NCBI RefSeq assembly: GCF_042231735.1
Contig: NZ_CP102577.1
Location: 3,103,281-3,167,280 of the forward strand
DNA from: Corallococcus exercitus
GTDB taxonomy: Bacteria > Myxococcota > Myxococcia > Myxococcales > Myxococcaceae
Length of the DNA: 64,000 bases
Reading direction: 5' to 3'
Shown here: piece by piece, positions 55,605 through 64,000 of the stretch
Layout: each line of letters begins with the position of its first letter
How positions within the stretch are numbered: position 1 is the stretch's first letter
Translations under genes and position numbers: made by a program
Notes under the pieces: model-generated
Databases searched by the model: none
Told to the model about the DNA's origin: nothing
The model's input: only the letters and a program-made list of their open reading frames with translations

Positions 55605-56969
55605 TCATGCGCTCGTCTGTCCTTCCGTCTGGGCGACAACGCCCGCGAGTGGCAGCCAGGCCGCCAGGTCCTGCTTCGCCCGCGCCGAGTAGGCCGCGCG
55701 CTTGTCCGCCTTCTTCATCCGTCCCGACAGGGGCGGGAACAGGCCGTAGATGACGTTGGTGGGCTGGTGCGGATGATCCGGCGGGTGCGCTTCCCCGGTG
55801 AGGTGCCGGTACAGCGACCCCAGCGCCGTCGTCGCCGGGGGCGGCACGAACGGGGTGCCCGTCAGCCGCGCGTGCACCGCCAGCGCCACCATGTAGCCGC
55901 ACGCCGCGCTCTCCACGTAGCCCTCCACGCCCGTCACCTGTCCCGCGAAGAACACCCGCCGCTCCGTCTTCAACGACAGGTCCTCCGCCAGCAGGCGGGG
56001 CGAGTCGATGAACGTGTTGCGGTGGATCTGCCCCATCCGCAGGAACTCCGCATTCTGCAGGCCCGGGATGCACGTGCTGAAGATGCGCTTCTGTTCACCC
56101 CACGTCAGACGCGTCTGGAAGCCCACCATGTTCCAGGCCGTGCCCGCCCGGTCCTCCATGCGCAGCTGCACCACCGCGTACGGGTCCGTCCCCGTGCGCG
56201 GGTCCTTCAGCCCCACCGGCTTGAGCGGCCCGAAGGCCAGCGTGTCGTCTCCGCGCTCCGCCATCACCTCGATGGGCAGACACCCTTCGAAGTACTTCGG
56301 TTCCTCGAAGCTGTGCGGCACCACCTTCTGGCCGGCCTTCACCTCGTGGACGAAGCGGTAGTACTCGTCCTTCGTCATGGGCAGGTTGAGGTAGTCATCC
56401 CCGCCGCCCTTGCCGTAGCGGCTCTGGCGGAAGGCGATCTCCATGTCGATGGAGTCCCCGGACAGGATGGGCGCGATGGAGTCGTAGAAGTAGAGCTTCG
56501 TGCCCACGTGGCGCTCCAGGTCCGCCGTGAGCGCCTCCGAGGTCAGCGGCCCCGTCGCCACCACCACCACGCCATCCTCCGGCAGCTTCTCCACCTCACC
56601 GCCCAGGAGCTCCACGCCCGCGCCGGACACGAGCCGGGTGGTGATCTCGCGCGAGAAGCCCTCGCGCTCCACCGCCAGCGCGTCGCCCGCGGGCACGCGG
56701 TGCAGGTCCGCGCTGGAGAGCACCAGCGAGCCCAGCGCGCGCAGCTCCGCGTGCAAGAGGCCAATGGCGCTCTCCGGGTTGTCCGAGCGCAGCGAGTTGC
56801 TGCACACCAGCTCCGCGAGGGTGTCCGACTTGTGCGCGGGGGAGCGCTTCTGCGGCTTCATCTCCCGCAGCACCACCGGCACGCCGCGCCGCGCCAGCTG
56901 GAACGCGCACTCCGTCCCCGCCAGGCCGCCGCCAATCACCGTCACCCGCTGCTGCTTCACGTCCGACAT
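55605..56969 (-). CDS. trmFO: Methylenetetrahydrofolate--tRNA-(uracil54-C5)-methyltransferase TrmFO (FAD-dependent)
   Basis: The FAD-binding N-terminus is [21 protein letters not shown]. The body (…[11 protein letters not shown]…, …[20 protein letters not shown]…) is characteristic of TrmFO/Gid. Confidence 0.9.
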   Translation of the reverse strand: MSDVKQQRVTVIGGGLAGTECAFQLARRGVPVVLREMKPQKRSPAHKSDTLAELVCSNSLRSDNPESAIGLLHAELRALGSLVLSSADLHRVPAGDALAVEREGFSREITTRLVSGAGVELLGGEVEKLPEDGVVVVATGPLTSEALTADLERHVGTKLYFYDSIAPILSGDSIDMEIAFRQSRYGKGGGDDYLNLPMTKDEYYRFVHEVKAGQKVVPHSFEEPKYFEGCLPIEVMAERGDDTLAFGPLKPVGLKDPRTGTDPYAVVQLRMEDRAGTAWNMVGFQTRLTWGEQKRIFSTCIPGLQNAEFLRMGQIHRNTFIDSPRLLAEDLSLKTERRVFFAGQVTGVEGYVESAACGYMVALAVHARLTGTPFVPPPATTALGSLYRHLTGEAHPPDHPHQPTNVIYGLFPPLSGRMKKADKRAAYSARAKQDLAAWLPLAGVVAQTEGQTSA

Positions 56970-57200
56970 GCATGCCTCCGGGCCCCCTCGTACCGGGTGC
57001 CCAAAGGGCCCTGTTAGCAGAGAGGCCACGCCCTTTCACGTCCGCCCGCCTGCCCTGCGTCCCACCATGCGTGCGGAATGGGAGGCGAGGTTTCCCCACC
57101 CCGGATCCAACCCTAGGTTTCTCGCGGTCTTCGCTCGGGACGAGGAAGCGTCCGGGCGAGCGCCCTTCAACCGCGAATCCGGGATGGGAGTGACGCAGCC

Positions 57201-57593
57201 ATGAGCCGAACCCAAGACTTGCTGAAGATCCGAGGCCTGCTGCAGGAGCGCCGCAGGACGACCGAGACCGCCCAGGCGGGCGCCCGCCGCGAGCTGGCCG
57301 CGCTGAAGGATCAGGAGCGGGACCCCGAGTACGAGGAACAGGCGCAGGCGGAGCTGGCGGACTACACGTTGTCCACGCTGATTGAAGCGCAGCGCCGGGA
57401 GATCATGCTCATCGACGCCGCCCTGAGCCGCATGGACAACGACGTGTTCGGCGAGTGCGTGGACTGCGGCAACGAAATCTCCCTGGACCGGCTGGAGGCC
57501 ATGCCCTTCGCCATCCGCTGCGAGGAGGACGCCGCCCTGCACGAGCAGGAGACGCGCGAGGCCGCGCGCCACACGGGCAGCCTGTCCCTCTAG
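57201..57593 (+). CDS. DksA/TraR-family C4 zinc-finger protein
   Basis: It has a coiled-coil N-terminus and C-terminal CVDCGNEISLDRLEAMPFAIRCEEC-like CxxC…C motifs (one Cys pair visible: CVDCG … IRCEEDA; the fourth position appears substituted). Confidence 0.7.
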   Translation: MSRTQDLLKIRGLLQERRRTTETAQAGARRELAALKDQERDPEYEEQAQAELADYTLSTLIEAQRREIMLIDAALSRMDNDVFGECVDCGNEISLDRLEAMPFAIRCEEDAALHEQETREAARHTGSLSL

Positions 57594-57657
57594 AGCGAAG
57601 CCGTCAAAGCCCTCCCCCGTGCGTCCATCCCGCGCGGGGGAGTCGTGTGTCCGGCGG

Positions 57658-58233
57658 CTACTCGCTGTCGCGCTGGAGCACGATGAAGCGGTAGTTCTGC
57701 AGCTCGTTCTCGCCCGCCGTGTAGAGCACCGTGAGCAGCAGGTCGTACGGGACCATCTTGTCCGCGATGACCGACAGCTCGTGGGTGAAGGGCGCCGCCG
57801 GGTTGCGCTCTTCGATGTACTTGAGCTTCTGCACTTCCTTCTTCAGCTGCGCGTCCAGCCCCGCCACCAGGCGCCCCTGCAGCTGGGACTCCGGGATGCG
57901 GCCGTCCTTCAGCCGCACCACCTCTTTGTCCCCCACCAGGATGTTCTTGGGGGTGATGGTGATGGCCACCGTGTCCTTGGGCGTGGCGCGCGTGGAGGAC
58001 ACCGGCGGCCGGACGTCTTCCGACGCGGTGATGGCCGCCGAGGACGACGCGAAGGACTTCAGGAGGAACACCAGGATGATGGTCATCATGTCCATCATCG
58101 CGGTGATGTTGAGCTCCTTCACCTCGCTGGCGGCCTCGCGCTCCTTGCGCTTCTTGCGCGTGAGGGCCCGGCGGTAGCGCATGCGCGCGAGCTGCTCGGC
58201 TTCTTCGGCGGACAGGGGCGCGGTTTCGGCCAT
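57658..58233 (-). CDS. ExbD/TolR-family biopolymer transport protein (second TolR-like gene of cluster)
   Basis: The N-terminal basic region plus single TM is ELNITAMMDMMTIILVFLL, followed by a periplasmic domain. This is the ExbD/TolR layout. Confidence 0.8.
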   Translation of the reverse strand: MAETAPLSAEEAEQLARMRYRRALTRKKRKEREAASEVKELNITAMMDMMTIILVFLLKSFASSSAAITASEDVRPPVSSTRATPKDTVAITITPKNILVGDKEVVRLKDGRIPESQLQGRLVAGLDAQLKKEVQKLKYIEERNPAAPFTHELSVIADKMVPYDLLLTVLYTAGENELQNYRFIVLQRDSE

Positions 58234-58235
58234 GG

Positions 58236-58763
58236 CTAGAGGACGCCCAGGGTGACGTCGGGGAAGAGCAGCTTGCGCTCGGCGACGGTGCCCGGCGTCT
58301 CACGCAGGGCGTCCATCGTCTGGATCAGCGCCTCGTAGGGGATGTCCGGATCCGCCGCGACAATGACCTTCGTCTCCCGCGGGAAGGCGGCCTTGAGCTT
58401 CACCATCCGCTCGGTGAGCGCCGCGTAGTCGTGCGTGCCGTCCGCGCGCACCGGCACCGTGGGCGCCCCACCCTCCGCGGGCGCGGCCTCCGGGCTGTCG
58501 CCCCGGACGAAGAGCCCCTTGTGGGAGATCAGCACGGACAGGTTCAGCTTGGGGGCGTCCGCGTCCCCCTGCCCCGCGCCCGCCGTGGCGCCGTAGCTGG
58601 GCGCGTTCACGTTGAGCGCGCCAAAGGCGGTGAGGCCGGTGATGGACAGCAGCATGAAGATGATGAGGTTCATGAGGATGTCGAGGTACGGGACGATGTT
58701 CAGCTCGCCCCCCTCTTCCTCTTCCCTCGGCTTCAGCTTGCGGCGCGAGTAGTGGAACGCCAT
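58236..58763 (-). CDS. ExbD/TolR-family biopolymer transport protein (first TolR-like gene of cluster)
   Basis: ELNIVPYLDILMNLIIFMLL contains the conserved TM Asp (D in LDIL). It has a periplasmic alpha/beta domain. Confidence 0.8.
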   Translation of the reverse strand: MAFHYSRRKLKPREEEEGGELNIVPYLDILMNLIIFMLLSITGLTAFGALNVNAPSYGATAGAGQGDADAPKLNLSVLISHKGLFVRGDSPEAAPAEGGAPTVPVRADGTHDYAALTERMVKLKAAFPRETKVIVAADPDIPYEALIQTMDALRETPGTVAERKLLFPDVTLGVL

Positions 58764-58791
58764 GGCGGGTCCGGTGCCCTTGCGGCGGCGC

Positions 58792-59547
58792 TTACGACGC
58801 GGCGCGGACGTCGGAGTCCGCGGGGACGACTTCCAGCGAGCCCCGGCGCGACAGCAGGTTCTCCAGCTTCAGCGCGTTGAGCTCCACCAGCTCCACCATG
58901 TTCTTGGCGTAGTTGCTGAAGAACAGGTGCGCCACGATGCAGAGCACCGCGATGGAGAGGCCGAAGCCCGTGTTGTACATGGCCTCCGAGATGCCGTTGG
59001 AGAGCAGCGCCTGCTTCTGCTCCGCCGGCACGTTGCCCAGCGCGCGGAAGGTGCCGATGAGGCCCACGATGGTGCCCACCAGGCCCACCAGCGTCGCGAT
59101 GTTCGCGAGCGACCACAGCCACTGCACGCGGCGCGAGACGTGCGGCGTGTACTCCGCCAGCGCCTCCTCCACCGCCTTGGCCACCTCCAGCTCACCGCGG
59201 TTCGCGTTGATGAGCCCCGCGCGGATGACGCGGGCCAGGGGCGAGCGCGGCGCCATGCCGCAGAACTTCACCGCGCGGTCCAGGTTGCCGCCGCGGACCA
59301 TCTTGTGGACCTGCTCGATGAACGCCGTCGCGTTCAGGCGGTAGCGGAAGAGCAGCGTCACCGCGCGCTCGCCGATGACGGCCACGGACGCGGCCAGCCA
59401 GAACAGGTTCACGAACATGAACGGGCCGCCGGCCTTGAACGCGCCGACGATGAAGTCCCCCAGGCCTCCAGAAGAAGCATGGCCCGCCGCGGCGGGGGCG
59501 GCCTCGGCCACCACCACGCGCAGCAACTCGTTCAGGGAGGGAATCAT
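58792..59547 (-). CDS. MotA/TolQ/ExbB-family proton-channel protein
   Basis: It has three TM helices (…GGPFMFVNLFWLAASVAVI…; …WLWSLANIATLVGLVGTIVGLI…; …GFGLSIAVLCIVAHLFF…), as in TolQ/ExbB. Two ExbD/TolR genes follow. Confidence 0.85.
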   Translation of the reverse strand: MIPSLNELLRVVVAEAAPAAAGHASSGGLGDFIVGAFKAGGPFMFVNLFWLAASVAVIGERAVTLLFRYRLNATAFIEQVHKMVRGGNLDRAVKFCGMAPRSPLARVIRAGLINANRGELEVAKAVEEALAEYTPHVSRRVQWLWSLANIATLVGLVGTIVGLIGTFRALGNVPAEQKQALLSNGISEAMYNTGFGLSIAVLCIVAHLFFSNYAKNMVELVELNALKLENLLSRRGSLEVVPADSDVRAAS

Positions 59548-59713
59548 CGCGGGACCGCGTCCTTTCGCTGCCCCCCGCGCGCACCCCTGCCGCCAAGCGG
59601 GCAGGAGGCTGCGATCACGGGCCGGGAGCAATCCGGACTTCTAGGGCTTCGCCCGCGAGGGTGTCAAGCCAGGGGGCCGAGCGTACCCCCCTGGAATGAC
59701 TGGGCTTTTGCGC

Positions 59714-62308
59714 TCAGGCTTCCACGGTGGGCGTGGGAGCAGGCGCGGCCTCCACGGAAGCCCCCGGAATGGCTGGCTCCACCACCTCGCGGCGGTAGTC
59801 GCACTCCTTGTTCGGGCAGGCGATGTAGGCGCCATCCCGCTTGGAGAACTTCTGGAGGAGGTAGGGCGACGCGCACTGCGGGCAGGCTTCCGCGAGCGGC
59901 CGGTCCCACGCGGCGAACTTGCATTCCGGGTACCGGTTGCAGCCGAAGAAGATCTTCCCGCGTCCGCTGCGGCGCTCGGTGAGGTAGCCCACCTTGCACT
60001 CCGGGCAGTTGACGCCGATGGAGATGGGCTTGGACGTCTTGCAGTCCGGGTAGCCCGAGCACGCCATGAAGCGCCCGAACCGGCCGCGCTTGATCACCAT
60101 GGGCTTGCCGCACTTCTCGCACTTCTCGTCCGTGGTCTCCTCCTCCACGATGACGATCTTGCCTTCGGCGTCCCGCTTGAAGTCCTTGGTGTTCTTGCAG
60201 TCGGGGTAGTTCGAGCACGCGAGGAAGTGACCCATCTTCCCGAACTTGATGACGAACGGGTTGCCGCACTTCTCGCAGGCGATGTCGGTCTTGATCTCCT
60301 CGCGCTTGACGTCGCGCATCTCCGCTTCGGCCTTCTCCAGGGTCTCCTTGAAGGGCCCGTAGAAGTCGTGCAGCACCGTCTTCCAGGACGCGCCGCCGTC
60401 GGAGATCTGGTCCAGCTTCTCCTCCATGCTGGCCGTGAAGGACACGTCCAGCTCATGGGGGAAGTGCTTCACCAGGAGCTCGTTGGTCATCTGGCCCAGG
60501 TCCGTGGGACGGAAGCGGCTCTCCAGCTTCTCCACGTACTTCTTGTCCTGGATGTTGGAGAGGATGGCCGCGTACGTGGACGGACGCCCGATGCCGCGCT
60601 CCTCCAGCTCCTTCACCAGCGTGGCCTCGCTGAAGCGCGGGGGCGGCTGGGTGAAGTGCTGCTCGTTGAGCAGCTTGTCCAGCGTCAGCACCTCGCCCTC
60701 GTTGAGCGGGGGCAGCTCGCCCACCACGTCCTCGGCGCCCTCTTCACCGGCGGCCTTGGCCTTGTCGCGCTCGGACTCCTCTTCCGGCGTGAGGCCGGCG
60801 CCGTAGACGCCCAGGTAGCCGGGGAACTTCAGGGTGCTGCCGGACGCGCGGAAGGTGGCGCGGCCCGCGGTGATGTCCGCGGCCGTCTGGTCATACACGG
60901 CGGGCTTCATCTGGCACGCGACGAAGCGGTTCCAGATGAGCTCGTAGAGCCGGAACATGTCCAGCTCGTCCATGGCGTCGAAGAAGGGACGCACGCGCTC
61001 GGGCGGGTACTCCAGGGACGTGGGCCGGATGGCCTCGTGCGCGTCCTGGGCGCTCTTGCGGCTCTTGTAGACCATGGGCTCCGGCGGCAGGTAGTCCGCG
61101 CCGTACTTCTGGCCAATGAACTCGCGCACCTGCGTCACGGCGTCGTCGGACAGACGCGTGGAGTCCGTGCGCATGTACGTGATGAGCGCCGTCTGGCCCT
61201 CCTCACCCAGCGGCACGCCTTCGTACAGCTTCTGCGCCAGCGTCATCGTCTTCTTTGCGGTGAAGTGCAGCCGGTTCGCCGCCTCCTGCTGGAGCTTGGA
61301 GGTGATGAAGGGCGCGGGCGCGTTGCGGCGCCGCTCCTTGCGGTCCACCTTCGTCACGGTGAAGGGGGAGTCCTTCAGCTCCGCGACGAGCGCGTCCGTG
61401 GTGGCGCGGTCCTTGAGCTCCACCTTCTTGCCGTCCACGCGGGACAGCTTCGCCTTGAAGGGCGGCGGCCCCTGCGGGCCCTGCACCAGCGCGTCCAGCG
61501 TCCAGTACTCCTCCGGCTGGAAGGCCTTGATCTCCGCCTCGCGCTCCACGATCAGGCGCACCGCGACGGACTGCACGCGGCCGGCGGACAGGCCGCGGCG
61601 GATCTTCTTCCAGAGCAACGGCGAGATTTGATAGCCGACGAGCCGGTCGAGGATGCGGCGGGTCTGCTGCGAGTCGTAGTTGTCCTGGTTGAGCTCACGC
61701 GGCTGCGCGATGGCGTCCTGCACGGCGCGCTTGGTGATCTCGTTGAAGGTCACCCGGAGCGAGTCCGGGTGGCCCAGCTCCTCCTTGATGTGCCAGGCGA
61801 TGGCCTCGCCCTCGCGGTCGGGGTCCGTCGCCAGGAAGACGCGGTCCACCGTCTTGGCCATCTTCTTCAGCTCGTTGAGGACCTTCTCCTTGCCCTTGAT
61901 GACCGTGTACTCGGGCTTGAAGTCGTCCTCCACGTCGACGCCAATCTTGCTCTTGGGCAGGTCCTTCACGTGCCCCACGGACGCCTTCACCGTGTAGCCG
62001 GAGCCCAGGTACTTCTTGATGGTCTTCGCCTTGGCGGGAGACTCCACCACCACCAGGTAGTGCGGGCCCTTGCCACGACGCTCGGGCACTTCTTCTTCCG
62101 CGTCCGCATCCGCGTCCACGGTGGGCAGTTCGTCGCCGTCCGCGCCACGGCGGCGGGCCGCCGTCTTCTTCTTGGCGGTGGTCTTCTTCGCCGCCGTCTT
62201 CTTCTTGGCGGCCTTCTTGGCCGCCGGCTTCTTCGAGGCCGCCTTCTTGGGCGTCTCCTCCGCCGTCGCGTCCGTCTGCGCCGCCTGTGTCTTCTTCCGC
62301 GTGGCCAT
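59714..62308 (-). CDS. topA: DNA topoisomerase I with N-terminal Lys/Ala-rich (histone-H1-like) tail and C-terminal C4 zinc ribbons
   Basis: The Toprim domain is HYLVVVESPAKAKTIKKYLG… and the catalytic Tyr region is present. The C-terminal CxxC pairs are …CEKCGNPFVIKFGKMGHFLACSNYPDC…, CEKCGKPMVIK…CSGYPDC and CPECKVGYL…GCNRYPEC. The N-terminal ~50 aa are KKAASKKPAAKKAAKKKTAAKKTTAKKKTAARRR. Confidence 0.95.
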   Translation of the reverse strand: MATRKKTQAAQTDATAEETPKKAASKKPAAKKAAKKKTAAKKTTAKKKTAARRRGADGDELPTVDADADAEEEVPERRGKGPHYLVVVESPAKAKTIKKYLGSGYTVKASVGHVKDLPKSKIGVDVEDDFKPEYTVIKGKEKVLNELKKMAKTVDRVFLATDPDREGEAIAWHIKEELGHPDSLRVTFNEITKRAVQDAIAQPRELNQDNYDSQQTRRILDRLVGYQISPLLWKKIRRGLSAGRVQSVAVRLIVEREAEIKAFQPEEYWTLDALVQGPQGPPPFKAKLSRVDGKKVELKDRATTDALVAELKDSPFTVTKVDRKERRRNAPAPFITSKLQQEAANRLHFTAKKTMTLAQKLYEGVPLGEEGQTALITYMRTDSTRLSDDAVTQVREFIGQKYGADYLPPEPMVYKSRKSAQDAHEAIRPTSLEYPPERVRPFFDAMDELDMFRLYELIWNRFVACQMKPAVYDQTAADITAGRATFRASGSTLKFPGYLGVYGAGLTPEEESERDKAKAAGEEGAEDVVGELPPLNEGEVLTLDKLLNEQHFTQPPPRFSEATLVKELEERGIGRPSTYAAILSNIQDKKYVEKLESRFRPTDLGQMTNELLVKHFPHELDVSFTASMEEKLDQISDGGASWKTVLHDFYGPFKETLEKAEAEMRDVKREEIKTDIACEKCGNPFVIKFGKMGHFLACSNYPDCKNTKDFKRDAEGKIVIVEEETTDEKCEKCGKPMVIKRGRFGRFMACSGYPDCKTSKPISIGVNCPECKVGYLTERRSGRGKIFFGCNRYPECKFAAWDRPLAEACPQCASPYLLQKFSKRDGAYIACPNKECDYRREVVEPAIPGASVEAAPAPTPTVEA

Positions 62309-62331
62309 GGCTCTCCTACCTCGAACTGCCT

Positions 62332-63462
62332 CTAAACCTTCTCGTACCGTTTACCCGGGTGCTGGACCACCAGCCCCGACAATTCCAACTCCACCAGGGC
62401 GCTCGTGAGCGCCGCGGGCGACAGCGGGCTTGCGGCGAGCACCTCGTCGAACGAACGGGGAACCCGGTCCAACAGCCCATAGGCCCCGCGCGCTTCCACC
62501 GACAGCGCCTCCCACCACCCGGCATCCCGCCCCGCTGGCACCGCACGGACCGGATGAACGCCCACCACCGCACAGATCGTTTCAGCGGACGTGCATGCGC
62601 GGGCCCGCCCGTCCGCCAGCAGGGCGTTGCAGCCCGCCGCGGCCGGCTGCCAGACGTCCCCGGGCAGCGCGAACACCGGCCGGCCCTGCACCCGCGCGGC
62701 CTCCGCCGTGTACAGGCTCCCGGAGCCCTCCCCGGCCCGCATCACCAGCACCGCGTCCGACGCGCCAGCGATGAGCCGGTTGCGCCGGGGGAAGGTCGTC
62801 GTGCTCGCCCGGACCCCGGGCGGCAGCTCGCTGAAGTACACCCCGCCCCGCTCGAGGAAGTGGGGCAGCAGCCGGGCCTGGGCGGGGTCCAACGCGTCCA
62901 GCGCGGAGCCCAGGAAGGCCCACGTCTCCCCGCCCACGTCCAGCGCGCCCCAGTGGCACGCCCGGTCCACGCCCTCCGCCGCGCCCGACACCACCCCCAC
63001 CCCGGCCTCCGCCACCCTCCGGGCGAAGGTGCGCGCGAACGGCAGGAAGCCCTGGTCCGGGTGGCGGCTGCCCACCATGGCCAGCCTGCGCCGGGGAGGC
63101 CCCGGGTCTCCCAGGTGGAACAGCAGCGGCGGCGCGTCCTCCACCCCCACCAGCCGGGCGGGATAGGCCGGCGAGCCCGCGAAGGCCACCTGGAGTCCCG
63201 CCCGGGCACAGGCCTCTTCCGTCCGGGACGCCAGGGTGTCCAGCGATGCGACGGCGGCCAGCCGCTGGCGGACGGTGGAAGGCACCGGCACGTCGGCCAC
63301 CCAGTCCCGCACGGGTGTGGACGCAAGTCGGGCCAGCGCTCCCCCGGCGAACGCACGCACGCCGGCCAGCGTCCGGGGCCCCAGGCCGGCAATGGCCCAG
63401 AGCGCCAGGGTGGCGCGCTGCTCGTCCCAGGGTGGGTTGATGTCCGTCGCTGTGTCCGCCAT
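62332..63462 (-). CDS. dprA: DNA-processing protein DprA (Smf family)
   Basis: It has a Rossmann-like DprA core (…LAMVGSRHPDQGFLPFARTFARRVAEAGVGVVSGAAEGVDRACHWGALDVGG…TWAFLGSALD…). The C-terminal winged-helix-like tail is …LTSALVELELSGLV…. It shows the conserved dprA-topA linkage. Confidence 0.85.
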   Translation of the reverse strand: MADTATDINPPWDEQRATLALWAIAGLGPRTLAGVRAFAGGALARLASTPVRDWVADVPVPSTVRQRLAAVASLDTLASRTEEACARAGLQVAFAGSPAYPARLVGVEDAPPLLFHLGDPGPPRRRLAMVGSRHPDQGFLPFARTFARRVAEAGVGVVSGAAEGVDRACHWGALDVGGETWAFLGSALDALDPAQARLLPHFLERGGVYFSELPPGVRASTTTFPRRNRLIAGASDAVLVMRAGEGSGSLYTAEAARVQGRPVFALPGDVWQPAAAGCNALLADGRARACTSAETICAVVGVHPVRAVPAGRDAGWWEALSVEARGAYGLLDRVPRSFDEVLAASPLSPAALTSALVELELSGLVVQHPGKRYEKV

Positions 63463-63604
63463 GCCGTCCCCGCCTGTTTCCCACCTATATAGAGGTGGTC
63501 CCGGGAGGGGCGTGACACATAACACCGGAACTTCGGGGGTCAAGCGACCCGCCCTTCCCGGGCGGGCCGGAATGCAGCATTCCTGCCGTTCGCCGCCTGC
63601 GTCC

Positions 63605-64000
63605 TCAGCGGCTGGCGGTGGGCGTTCCGTCCTTGCGCATGGTGGCGCGGTCGCCGGCGGAGACCTCCACCAGGGAGCGGGTCAGCAGGCAGTTGGAGGT
63701 GCGCTCACGCACTTCGGTGACCATGCACTGGGCCACGGCCTCCCAGGGGTAGGCCTTCTGGCCCTTGCCGGCGTCTCCCATCTTGTAGTCGCTGCGGCCG
63801 AGCACATCCAGGCTCGGGTCGCCGCGGCGCTCGATGGTGAAGGTGTTGCCCACCTGCACGCCGTCCGCGGTGCCGCGGTCCACGACGACGAAGTTGTGCT
63901 CGCCCAGCAGCGTCTGGCCCGGCGTCATCGGCGTGAGCACGTAGCCGGGGATCTCCTTGCTGTTGGGCTTGGGGGCGACGCGCTCCGACAGCTTCTCGCT
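63605..64000 (-). CDS. Hypothetical protein, 3' part only (ORF continues beyond window end)
   Basis: There is an open frame with no stop back to nt 64000 (…SEKLSERVAPKPNSKEIPGYVLTPMTPGQTLLGEHNFVVVDRGTADGVQVGNTFTIERRGDPSLDVLGRSDYKMGDAGKGQKAYPWEAVAQCMVTEVRERTSNCLLTRSLVEVSAGDRATMRKDGTPTASR*). It has good GC3 bias but I do not recognise a family. Confidence 0.4.
   Translation of the reverse strand, partial: SEKLSERVAPKPNSKEIPGYVLTPMTPGQTLLGEHNFVVVDRGTADGVQVGNTFTIERRGDPSLDVLGRSDYKMGDAGKGQKAYPWEAVAQCMVTEVRERTSNCLLTRSLVEVSAGDRATMRKDGTPTASR

Noticed and set aside
57658-59547. MotA/TolQ-like + TolR-like genes as a Zorya (ZorAB) anti-phage system
   Set aside because: ZorA is much larger with a long C-terminal tail, and Zorya has additional ZorC/D genes. 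Here the proteins are standard-size TolQ/TolR paralogs in host-like GC, in a conserved housekeeping neighbourhood.

Overview
High-GC (~70%) chromosomal segment with a clearly myxobacterial gene content (Myxococcus/Corallococcus-like). Evidence: two MYXO-CTERM-tailed surface proteins, an ELWxxDGT-repeat lipoprotein, two Ser/Thr kinases, a DUF1592/DUF1552 pair, and a TolQ-TolR-TolR cluster. Coding density is high and most genes are housekeeping. The one obviously foreign element is a ~2.4 kb AT-rich island at ~6.66-9.13 kb carrying two unrecognised genes. The second island gene has a GIY-YIG-nuclease-like motif. The first has only weak nuclease-like and MTase-like motif resemblances. This island is my best candidate for an undescribed restriction/defence-like module. 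Other non-standard structures: a 4x ~72 bp tandem repeat array with a 19-bp perfect palindrome per unit between convergent genes (4.71-4.99 kb); a tandem duplication of small Pro/Ser/Gly-rich ORFs, leader included, just upstream of a Ser/Thr kinase; a signal-peptide-less LysM/peptidase/transglycosylase protein; a candidate minus-strand intrinsic terminator with a U-tract in a 555-bp ORF-free gap; and a non-canonical Hsp70 module flanked by two TPR proteins that share a short homologous segment. Start codons were chosen by hand from signal peptides, RBS-like purine runs and family N-termini and are approximate. Many long antisense ORFs in the six-frame track are GC-driven artefacts and were ignored.
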